From Fibrobacteria bacterium (GTDB lineage Bacteria; Fibrobacterota; Fibrobacteria; UBA11236), in contig JAYTSD010000021.1 in the NCBI GenBank assembly GCA_043745805.1, positions 1 to 60,384 of the forward strand: DNA of 60,384 nt, in the 5' to 3' direction. A model generated the notes under the pieces. That model saw only the letters and a list, made by a program, of their open reading frames with translations, searched no databases and was not told where the DNA came from. The position numbers and the translations under genes were made by a program. Position 1 is the first letter of the stretch, and every line of letters begins with the position of its first letter. Positions 1 to 7,973 of the stretch are shown one piece after another.

Positions 1-122
1 TCATTGAAGCATTTATTCCTGAATCCAATGGAATGAATGCTCTCAAAGACTGACTTTAATACGTAAGGTCGCCGTGACCGGACTACACATGCGTTTAGAT
101 GGGGTAGATGAGGATCACGCGT

Positions 123-220
123 TTTCGTCGGTCATTTCGACAAGCTCAATGTCCGACGAAATGATTAAAACCGAGCTAGGTGTCCCCTGAGCGGAGCGCT
201 GCACTGAGCAAAGCCGAGGC
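123..220. repeat. Cluster of degenerate REP-like palindromic units
   Basis: Hairpin TTTCGTCGG(123-131)...CCGACGAAA(153-161) encloses TTCGACAAGCTCA. Downstream CCCTGAGCGGAGCG and CACTGAGCAAAGCCGAG resemble the opposite orientation of the same TTCGAC-NNN-GCTCA unit. Confidence 0.5.
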
Positions 221-384
221 TAGAGAAGACCTTTCCTCTTTATAAAGTAATTTGCAGGATAATATAGACTAAACTCTATATTTAATTTCCTAGCCATTTT
301 CCCTGTCATAATTACAAATTTTTTGCTTATATTAGAGCATTCAATGGAATGCTCAATTCCCTAACTTCCAACTCCGAGGTTTTT

Positions 385-1050
385 ATGATTAATAAAATCA
401 CCAAAGTTCTTTCAATAGCTGCTGTTCTAGTCGTATCCGTTTCAATGGCTCACATTAATACATTGAATATTAAAGGCGGAGAAACATTTACCCCTGGAGC
501 AAAACAAACTATCTCATGGGTCTTGGCGACTGCTCACGGTTCAAGTTTTTCAATTTCCTATTCAAAAGACGGTGGAACCACTTGGGCAAAGGTTGTCGAC
601 AATTTGCCACTAGTAGCGCAAGGAGCAACTGCTAGTTACTCTTGGACCATTCCAACTGAAACTACTACAAAAGGAATGATATGGGTAAACCATGTTACTT
701 CCACCCCTCCAAATTTAACCGGTGCAGACTACAACCTAAAATCCGGCGTTTTTACCGTTGGCCCCACCTCCTCCATCAATACCAACAACACAGAAATCAA
801 AAGCACTTTAGCTTACAACACTTCCACGCAAAGCATTGCCGTTGCTTACTCCTTAGTCAATAACGAGAATGTTACCCTCGAAGCCTTTGATGCCTCTGGT
901 AAATTATTAGTCACTTTGTTAAATCAAAATCAAAATGCAGGGGCTTATAATCAAACGATTTCCACTCAACAAATCGTCGCTAAAGGCCAAATCATTTTCA
1001 AATTAAAAGTGGGAAATGAAGTTTTAGCAGAAAAAAGTATTGCTCGCTAA
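385..1050 (+). CDS. Secreted protein, N-terminal beta-sandwich starting with His, plus T9SS-type C-terminal sorting domain
   Basis: GAGG upstream of ATG 385. Signal peptide ends SMA|H. GGETFTPG...YSKDGGTTW...SYSWTIP Ig-like pattern. Tail VTLEAFDASGKLLVTL...G.Y...IFKLKVG...K resembles T9SS CTDs. Confidence 0.8.
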   Translation: MINKITKVLSIAAVLVVSVSMAHINTLNIKGGETFTPGAKQTISWVLATAHGSSFSISYSKDGGTTWAKVVDNLPLVAQGATASYSWTIPTETTTKGMIWVNHVTSTPPNLTGADYNLKSGVFTVGPTSSINTNNTEIKSTLAYNTSTQSIAVAYSLVNNENVTLEAFDASGKLLVTLLNQNQNAGAYNQTISTQQIVAKGQIIFKLKVGNEVLAEKSIAR

Positions 1051-1071
1051 TTGATTTTTTAAAAGTCATGT

Positions 1072-1102
1072 AAAGCCCAGCCTTAATAGGTTGGGCTTTT
1101 TT
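1072..1102. terminator. Bidirectional intrinsic terminator
   Basis: AAAGCCCAGCCT-taat-AGGTTGGGCTTT followed by a T-run, between convergent genes. Confidence 0.85.
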
Positions 1103-1114
1103 ATTCGTCCAATT

Positions 1115-1606
1115 TTATTTCAATTGCGTTTGAATCAATACATCCAATTCTTTTTCAGCCACAGCGGAATAACCATTCAAGGTTTTTAATAATTGCCCTT
1201 TAGCATCGAAAACGTAAAGCGCGGGAATACCTTCAAAGCCATAAATTTTTGACTGCGTATCTTTTTTATCATGTAAAACCAAATAAGTGATACCCATTTT
1301 TTTAGCGAAGGAAGCCACTTTATTCGCTGTGGTTTTATCTAAACTAATGCCCACTATTTGCAGACCTTTTTCGCCATATTTTTTTTGTAATGACACTAAT
1401 GTGGGAATAGTCTCTTTACAAGAGGCACACCATGTCGCCCAAAAATCTATGATCACCACTTTATTAGCTAACTCCGTTTGTGTATGCATTTTACCCGTTA
1501 TGTCGGGTAAACTAAAAGGCGGTAGCGATTTAATTTCGATGGCATAAAGATTTACACTCAATAAGCCTGCCACAAAAGTACTGGTGAAAATATTTGTAAA
1601 ACGCAT
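1115..1606 (-). CDS. TlpA-family thiol-disulfide oxidoreductase
   Basis: Signal peptide, DFWATWCASC active site, GIPALYVFDAKG cis-Pro region. Confidence 0.92.
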   Translation of the reverse strand: MRFTNIFTSTFVAGLLSVNLYAIEIKSLPPFSLPDITGKMHTQTELANKVVIIDFWATWCASCKETIPTLVSLQKKYGEKGLQIVGISLDKTTANKVASFAKKMGITYLVLHDKKDTQSKIYGFEGIPALYVFDAKGQLLKTLNGYSAVAEKELDVLIQTQLK

Positions 1607-1615
1607 AAATCTCCT

Positions 1616-2899
1616 TTATAAATCAAAGCCTAAGCCGAGCATAAAAGTACCTTCTTGATAGTACTCCCTTGCCGAAAAGAGTTGATAGTGAAAATAATTT
1701 TTGCCATTGCCCTCATCGCCCTTGGTATTGCGAATACCTTGATCATAACTCATATCAAAACGATCGGGTAACCAAGCATTGTCATGCCAACTCTCAGCCA
1801 AAGTAGTGGCAAATTTAACTCCTACTGTGAGAGAAGAAAATTTAGTGTAGCGAATATCAGCGGAGCGATAGAGTTCATCGCCGACATAAGGATCTTTGGC
1901 AAACCCTGTAGCGCTTTGAGCATAACCTCTCACGCGCATTCTAAAATATCTTTCCTCACCAAAATATTGATACCATTGTAATTCGGCATCATCGGCTACC
2001 ATAGCCCAGCTATCCATATAATGCCGCGCTTCTAAATGAATAGATCCCAAATGATCACCCCAACGATAGCCTTGAATAACTTGTCCTGCAATCGCTAAAG
2101 TCTTTTTTTCACGCGGAGTATTTTCTTCAATTACTTTTCCGGAATCGAGAATAATCGGATTGTAAGGATGACCTAAATATCCATTACTATATATGCCATT
2201 TGCGGTGATCGCCACCAAAGTTAAAGGAGTTAATAATTGTGATGCCGATAATGTTAAAGAGCGGATTTGCTTATGACCGCCTTGATCGGCAAAAGCGCCT
2301 TGCGGATGAAAATCATCAAAGAACCACGCTAAGGAAGCGCTGACGGTGGTATTACGTTCATTAAAATCATGAGCAATGGATAAAGTCGGAGAATAGGAGC
2401 GATAATCCGATTCATCACTAAAATAAAAACCCGCCGTATAGACTTGGCCATTATTGGAATACGTAAAACTTGGGTTTTCGGAATGACGCATTTCTTTTTG
2501 CGAAGCACCGGCAATGACATCAAAAGCAGAATCACTCCAAATGTCTTCGAAAGGCTTTCCATTCGCAGCGCGCTTTGAGGCGCCTGAGTTGGCATCCACA
2601 CCATGATCGCCAAGTTTGCCAATTTTATCTAGGCCTAATCGTCGCGATGCACCGGACACCAAATCCAATTCTTGGGACCATTGAAAACTCCAAGCATGAG
2701 ATATTTTTTTAATCCAGTCAAATGCTGGTGTATGATTCCAAACATCATTTTTATCCCAATAATACATGTATTTAAAATCGATGCGATCTTCGGATTCCTC
2801 AGCCTGTATTTTTTTAGGTAACATGGAAGCTATCATTAAAAAACTTAAAGCCATGGAGATCAAGCGAGAAATCTTACTCCGTGGTTTTAACATCCGCAA
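1616..2899 (-). CDS. DUF3570-like outer-membrane beta-barrel protein
   Basis: Signal peptide, DxxSGAS motifs, ESDY.S, NTT, GYLGHPY, Y.DSW, SADIR, C-terminal amphipathic strand (LGLGFDL). Context between DUF4266-like and TlpA genes. Start may be ATG 2893. Confidence 0.82.
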   Translation of the reverse strand: MRMLKPRSKISRLISMALSFLMIASMLPKKIQAEESEDRIDFKYMYYWDKNDVWNHTPAFDWIKKISHAWSFQWSQELDLVSGASRRLGLDKIGKLGDHGVDANSGASKRAANGKPFEDIWSDSAFDVIAGASQKEMRHSENPSFTYSNNGQVYTAGFYFSDESDYRSYSPTLSIAHDFNERNTTVSASLAWFFDDFHPQGAFADQGGHKQIRSLTLSASQLLTPLTLVAITANGIYSNGYLGHPYNPIILDSGKVIEENTPREKKTLAIAGQVIQGYRWGDHLGSIHLEARHYMDSWAMVADDAELQWYQYFGEERYFRMRVRGYAQSATGFAKDPYVGDELYRSADIRYTKFSSLTVGVKFATTLAESWHDNAWLPDRFDMSYDQGIRNTKGDEGNGKNYFHYQLFSAREYYQEGTFMLGLGFDL

Positions 2900-3126
2900 C
2901 CACCACCCGAACCAGCACTTCCACCCGCTGCGCCTTCACGGCGAGGTAGATTATGACCTTGCATACCGCTTCCTAAAGGATCGGGAATGCGTTGCATAAT
3001 GGGATCGCTTAAAAATTCACGGTCCTTTTGATGTACATTTGCGCAACCGGAAAAAACAAAATTCAAACTCAGTAAAACCATTAATAAAAGGAGAGAAGAA
3101 AGTAAAAGCGAAAGCATACTTTTCAT
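2887..3126 (-). CDS. DUF4266-like small lipoprotein
   Basis: Lipobox FSGC, RE.LSDPIM, REGAAGG and terminal GGGCGC. Confidence 0.88.
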   Translation of the reverse strand: MKSMLSLLLSSLLLLMVLLSLNFVFSGCANVHQKDREFLSDPIMQRIPDPLGSGMQGHNLPRREGAAGGSAGSGGGCGC

Positions 3127-3824
3127 ATTGCAGGCTCCTCCCCCTTAAAGCCTTTAATTTTTTTGGAAGGAGCAGGCCATGCCCAAGCACCACCCGTGGG
3201 ATGACAGGCTACCGCAGAACAGGTTTCCATTTTGGGATTGAAGGTTGCCGCAGTGTCATTAAAGCGTTTAAGATCCGTATAGCGTGGATCAAATTTTACA
3301 TCTACAGTTCCATTCAAATGCGCCATGCTGGTAATCCACTCCTGCATTAAAGTCGATCTCGAATTATACGGGACAGGTATGGGATGATGTTCAATTAAGG
3401 TGTCGACATGATGGAAAACATAAGCTCCTTGCAGAATCGAATTACGAAATTGGGTATTGTCTCCAAAATCATAAGTCGAATAGGAGTTGTTAACTTGGTT
3501 TACCGTGTCCATAAAAATACTATCCATGATTTTCACATCACGGGATTGCAAAGAATTATAATGGCAATCAAGGCAAGTGATTTTGCCATTACCGGGTTTC
3601 ATTTTATCGGTATGTAATAAATGATATTGATGATTTACGCCACCCACCGGATAAGTGTGACAACTTGCACAATTAGCCGTTTCTTGCGTTTCTGTTGTTC
3701 GCGTGGCTAAAGCATTTTCTTCAGGAATCCAAGAGTTACATGCCAAGAAAAATAGGCCTAAACTCAAAGGAAAAAAATAGCGCAGATTTGATTTCGAATA
3801 AAAAGATTTATTTAAAAAAAACAT
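3123..3824 (-). CDS. Triheme c-type cytochrome lipoprotein (CxxCH x2, CxxxxCH x1)
   Basis: Lipobox FLAC. Motifs CASCH, CLDCH, CSAVACH. HxxH (HQYH) and AHLNG as candidate distal ligands, as in Geobacter-type CxxxxCH/CxxCH proteins. Confidence 0.8.
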   Translation of the reverse strand: MFFLNKSFYSKSNLRYFFPLSLGLFFLACNSWIPEENALATRTTETQETANCASCHTYPVGGVNHQYHLLHTDKMKPGNGKITCLDCHYNSLQSRDVKIMDSIFMDTVNQVNNSYSTYDFGDNTQFRNSILQGAYVFHHVDTLIEHHPIPVPYNSRSTLMQEWITSMAHLNGTVDVKFDPRYTDLKRFNDTAATFNPKMETCSAVACHPTGGAWAWPAPSKKIKGFKGEEPAI

Positions 3825-3860
3825 GTTTTTAACATACTAAATGAGGTCATAAAAATGCTT

Positions 3861-4700
3861 TTAAAGCAGGGGCCAATCGCCCCGAAAAACCTCTACCGCT
3901 GGTCCGGTCATTTTTACCGAGCCTTGGCCATTATATTCCAAAAGCAAATCGCCACCCAATAAATGAATGGTGATAGCGTCTTCGGTTTTACCTAATTTTT
4001 TGCATACCACCGATACCGCCGAAGCGCCTGTACCACAAGCCCAAGTCTCGCCAGAGCCACGCTCCCAAGTCCTTTGTTTGACTTCTTTACGATTAATTAT
4101 TTGCACAAACTCCACATTTACTTTGCGCGGGAAAAAAGGATGCATTTCAATTAAAGAGCCCACTGCTGCTACGGGGAAATTGTCCACATCGTCCACAAAA
4201 ATCACACAATGAGGGTTTCCCATGGATACAGAACTAAAAGAATAAGTTTTGCCTAAAATTTCGATAGCCTTTGCAAATACTTCGGGAGCATCAAAGGTGG
4301 TGGGGATTTTTAAGCCCTGCAAAATAGGCTCACCCATATCCAAACAAATGCTTTCCGCTTTGCCTTGCGCATCTCGTTTGCGAATAGTTGCGCTGCGCCA
4401 TCCCGCACCCGTCATCAACTTTAATTCATCTTTGCCAAAAGCATAAGTATCATGCACATATTTAGCCACGCAACGCAAACCATTGCCACACATTTCCGAA
4501 ACCGATCCATCGGCATTATACATTTCCATTTCCGCATCAGCGCCGATAAAAGGCTTTATAAGTATAAGGCCATCTCCACCTACTCCAAAATGACGATGTG
4601 AAATATCTATAGCTAAAGCAACTGGATCGGCGATGTAAATTTTGAATGCGTCGATATATACATAATCATTACCCGTACCATGCATTTTTATAAAATTCAT
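3861..4700 (-). CDS. dapF: Diaminopimelate epimerase
   Basis: FIKMHGTGND, EMCGNG, MGNPH, WERGSGETWACGTG. ATG 4700 overlaps the upstream stop (TAATG). Confidence 0.97.
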   Translation of the reverse strand: MNFIKMHGTGNDYVYIDAFKIYIADPVALAIDISHRHFGVGGDGLILIKPFIGADAEMEMYNADGSVSEMCGNGLRCVAKYVHDTYAFGKDELKLMTGAGWRSATIRKRDAQGKAESICLDMGEPILQGLKIPTTFDAPEVFAKAIEILGKTYSFSSVSMGNPHCVIFVDDVDNFPVAAVGSLIEMHPFFPRKVNVEFVQIINRKEVKQRTWERGSGETWACGTGASAVSVVCKKLGKTEDAITIHLLGGDLLLEYNGQGSVKMTGPAVEVFRGDWPLL

Positions 4701-5173
4701 TACCACCCCGATACTGTATGATCTAATAAGACTTTGACCAGCTCTTCTATGGCTAGTTTTTGTCCCGTTTCTTCGGTTTCCCCACGTGTTACGGTATAAT
4801 AGCCGTAACCTGGTAAATTATCTTCTTTATAAAGGGTGTCCCCTTTAATTTTATCCACGAACAAAACCTTCATCAAAATATCGACACGATAACTGGTTAC
4901 GGTAGAGCCACTCGTATTTTGTGCGCTATGATTATACTTTAGCAAGGAGCCAATAAGCCGCGCATCCCCGTTCTCATTTACTTTGCGTAAATTACTGCGC
5001 TTACGAAAACCCTCTTCAATCCCTAATGCTATTTTATCGGGTAGCGAGGATTCTAAAGTTTGATTAATAATGGGTTCTATTTGAATAGTGCGTAAATGAT
5101 TGGGCAAAGTTGTCCCTGAAAAGGAATAGCACCCCATTAGTAAAAAACTTAAACTCCAAATCCACTGCATCAT
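4700..5173 (-). CDS. lptE: LptE-family LPS-assembly lipoprotein
   Basis: Lipobox LMGC followed by YSFSG...LP.HLRTI.I, C-terminal TVSGW, as in FCB LptE homologs. Start uncertain (ORF extends to 5209). Confidence 0.75.
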   Translation of the reverse strand: MMQWIWSLSFLLMGCYSFSGTTLPNHLRTIQIEPIINQTLESSLPDKIALGIEEGFRKRSNLRKVNENGDARLIGSLLKYNHSAQNTSGSTVTSYRVDILMKVLFVDKIKGDTLYKEDNLPGYGYYTVTRGETEETGQKLAIEELVKVLLDHTVSGW

Positions 5174-5186
5174 TGAAAAGTAATAA

Positions 5187-7952
5187 TTACTCGGTTGGAG
5201 TTTCAGCACCTATTCCTAGGGCGGCTAAAGTTTTTTGCACCAAATCCTCTTCCTTTTCCGCAATCACAATATCTTGCGGAAGACTTTTCATAAAAGTGGA
5301 AGAATATTTATCGGAACCTAAACGAGGATCTAAAACCCAAATAGCTTTAGGCTTGCTTTCTCCGGGCAAAAATCTTTGCAATTCGCGCTTCAATTGCAAA
5401 ACCGCTTCTGGAATCACAAATTCAAACAAAGGATTTTTTCCCGCATTGGCAATCTCATCCATACGTGCCGCAACCTTAGGTTCGGAAGGAATTGGGAAAG
5501 GCAATTTAATAACGACTAATAATTCCATGTCCGCTGCGGCGGCATTGGAATCTAAAAAGCCACCCGTACCCAGCAAGCACGATTTATCCCATTGACGAAA
5601 AAGTTGTATCAAGTTTTCGCGACTGCCATCCACATGCTGCGCCAAAAGCATTCTGTCTTTGGTAGCTAACGGCGCTTGTAAATAGGCTTGATGATTCTTT
5701 AAATTTTGCACATTGGTATAAAGCACAAAAGTGTTACGGGGGATTTGCGGCAAAGTGCGCCCCAACATTTCCGCTAGAAATTGTGAACTGCCTTCTTGCG
5801 TGGGCAAAGGGCAAAAACGCGCCATTAAAAAAGCATTCCAAGCGGGTTTATGTTTGTCATAAATAACTTGGGTGAAAAGTTTTTTGCGATTGTTAAAACA
5901 ATAATCTTTTAAGCCGATATTTTTTGTGAAATAGTGAAACTGTTCTTGTACCGACACGGCCGAAGAGATGAATAAAATCGAATCCACATAAGGATAGAGT
6001 TTTTCACTAAATAAACTAGCGGGAGAAAGTGTTTGTGCCGCTAAAAGAATTTTATGCGGATTCAAATATTCTTCCATCCAGTAAATCTCTTCGCCTTCTA
6101 CAGGTTGGCTAATATGGCGAAATTCTCTTTGGAATTTGGAAATGGTTTCGTTTAAACTTTTTAAATCCGGTGCCAAAGCGGCCGCCTCGCCACCACAGCT
6201 TTCCAAAAAGCCATGCAAGGATGTTAACAGCGAAGATACCTCTTCAATAGCTAAAATAACCGGTTCGGGATCCGCGTTAAAATCAAAAGCCAAAGCCGTA
6301 TTATAACGAATTTTACTTTCGCCTTCACGTCTTCTTTTTTTAGCATGTTTCGCAATTTTATTAAAAAACTTTTGCAATTGCTTTTCGGGCTCAAAGGCTT
6401 TTTCCAACAATGCGGCAACTTCCATGCGACGCGCTTCCGGCCATTCTGCCTGTAATCCTTGCAAGGCTCCGCATAAGCCAAAACTATTATCTTTATCCTG
6501 TGCTAAAAGCTGTAAAGCATTGCGCAAGCGAAAAAAAGTAATAGCCGAACCCGTGTACTCAGGAGGAGGATCTAAAAGATTATCGGCTTCATCATAAACC
6601 AAATCATTAAAAGAGGGTAACAATGAAAGGTCTAATTCCAAATTCCGAAAAAACAAAGCCGGATGAATGAGCATAATATGCGAGGCCAAGGCTTTTTGTT
6701 TTGCTTCGGTAGCGTAACTTTCGGAATACCCACCTTCCGCTAAATAAGAATGACTATTTAATTTGGACCATAACAATTTATGTCTATCGGCATTAAATCC
6801 AGCATTTTCTTGTATATCACCCGTAACCGTGCTTTCCGTCCAAGTGAGCAATGGCAAAAAGGCCAGGCATTCTTCAGGAGTTAAATAGCGTTTAGGATTT
6901 TCCAATACTGCGGCAAAACGGCGTTTGCTTAAATAAAATTCAGGGGCCTTTAATACACATAAGCTTGCGTCAGGTTCCATTTTTTCGAGCAAGGGAAATT
7001 CTTTTTTCTCTATTTGTAAACGCAGCGCTTTACTTCCCACCACCACCATAGCTCGTCGACGATGTTGAATGGCTTTTTGAACCAAGGGTAACAAATAAGC
7101 AATGGTTTTACCTAGGCCAGGTTGGGTTTCTAAAACCATCAACTCATCGCGTTGCAAACCCTGTTGAACACGTGAAGCTAAATAGGCTTGGCTATTCCGT
7201 TTGCGATAAACGGTTTCGCTGCTTGCAAGTGCTAAAGCCAATTTTCCTTCCGCAGCAAAAACCGCATTCCAATCTTGGGTCGGAACATATTCCGTGGAAA
7301 GAGCCGACAAAGATTTTTTCACCCCTCCAAAAACAGGTTGCGTAGGAGAATCCGTTTGGGAAAATAAACTCAACCAAATAGAATGGGAGTCCGCTAATAA
7401 TTGATGAATATTGACCAAGGTTTGTTCCGAATAACTTTGCATTTTTTCTTGCGCCAATTTCCATAACCAAACGGTTTTCTCGGCATCGGGAAGTGCACGA
7501 TGGGCAGGTTGCTTAGGTAACTGCAAAGCTTCGGCTAAAGTTTCGAGACGATGATTAGCCAAGGTGGGCCAAGCCAAACGCGCCAAAAATAAAGAATCAA
7601 AAATGGCATTTGACAATACAGGCAAGCCAGCCTTTTGTAAAGCGCTTTGTATAAAGGTGCTATCAAATTCCGCATTGTGAGCAATCAACGGAAGTGCGCC
7701 CGCAAAAACCAAAAAGTCATTGAGTACATTCACTAAGGGATCGCCACTTTTAAGTTCCTCATCGGAAATTCCGGTGAGCTTGCGTACCAATAAACTTAAA
7801 GTCTGTTCACAATGCACCACGCGGCTAAAACGTTCGGTAACCAAGCCGTTTTCCATTTTCACTGCGCCAATTTCGATGATCACATCTTTTTCTGCATCGA
7901 GGCCGGTTGTTTCTAAGTCAAAAGCAATGAAGTGAGTATAGGGTTTAAACAT
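5187..7952 (-). CDS. DEDDh 3'-5' exonuclease fused to DinG-like helicase domain
   Basis: N-terminal FDLETTG, HNAEFD, HRALPDA. C-terminal GLGKT, DEAD, KLPFP.P, LDPR. Confidence 0.9.
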   Translation of the reverse strand: MFKPYTHFIAFDLETTGLDAEKDVIIEIGAVKMENGLVTERFSRVVHCEQTLSLLVRKLTGISDEELKSGDPLVNVLNDFLVFAGALPLIAHNAEFDSTFIQSALQKAGLPVLSNAIFDSLFLARLAWPTLANHRLETLAEALQLPKQPAHRALPDAEKTVWLWKLAQEKMQSYSEQTLVNIHQLLADSHSIWLSLFSQTDSPTQPVFGGVKKSLSALSTEYVPTQDWNAVFAAEGKLALALASSETVYRKRNSQAYLASRVQQGLQRDELMVLETQPGLGKTIAYLLPLVQKAIQHRRRAMVVVGSKALRLQIEKKEFPLLEKMEPDASLCVLKAPEFYLSKRRFAAVLENPKRYLTPEECLAFLPLLTWTESTVTGDIQENAGFNADRHKLLWSKLNSHSYLAEGGYSESYATEAKQKALASHIMLIHPALFFRNLELDLSLLPSFNDLVYDEADNLLDPPPEYTGSAITFFRLRNALQLLAQDKDNSFGLCGALQGLQAEWPEARRMEVAALLEKAFEPEKQLQKFFNKIAKHAKKRRREGESKIRYNTALAFDFNADPEPVILAIEEVSSLLTSLHGFLESCGGEAAALAPDLKSLNETISKFQREFRHISQPVEGEEIYWMEEYLNPHKILLAAQTLSPASLFSEKLYPYVDSILFISSAVSVQEQFHYFTKNIGLKDYCFNNRKKLFTQVIYDKHKPAWNAFLMARFCPLPTQEGSSQFLAEMLGRTLPQIPRNTFVLYTNVQNLKNHQAYLQAPLATKDRMLLAQHVDGSRENLIQLFRQWDKSCLLGTGGFLDSNAAAADMELLVVIKLPFPIPSEPKVAARMDEIANAGKNPLFEFVIPEAVLQLKRELQRFLPGESKPKAIWVLDPRLGSDKYSSTFMKSLPQDIVIAEKEEDLVQKTLAALGIGAETPTE

Positions 7953-7973
7953 ATAAGTTACGTTACAATCAGG

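Noticed and set aside
1-53. Possible 3' end of a gene (IEAFIPESNGMNALKD*), faintly like GIY-YIG C-termini
   Set aside because: Only 16 codons visible; cannot be supported.
5110-5595. 161-aa plus-strand ORF and many similar short ORFs in the track
   Set aside because: Antisense or alternative-frame shadows of well-supported genes, with no motifs.
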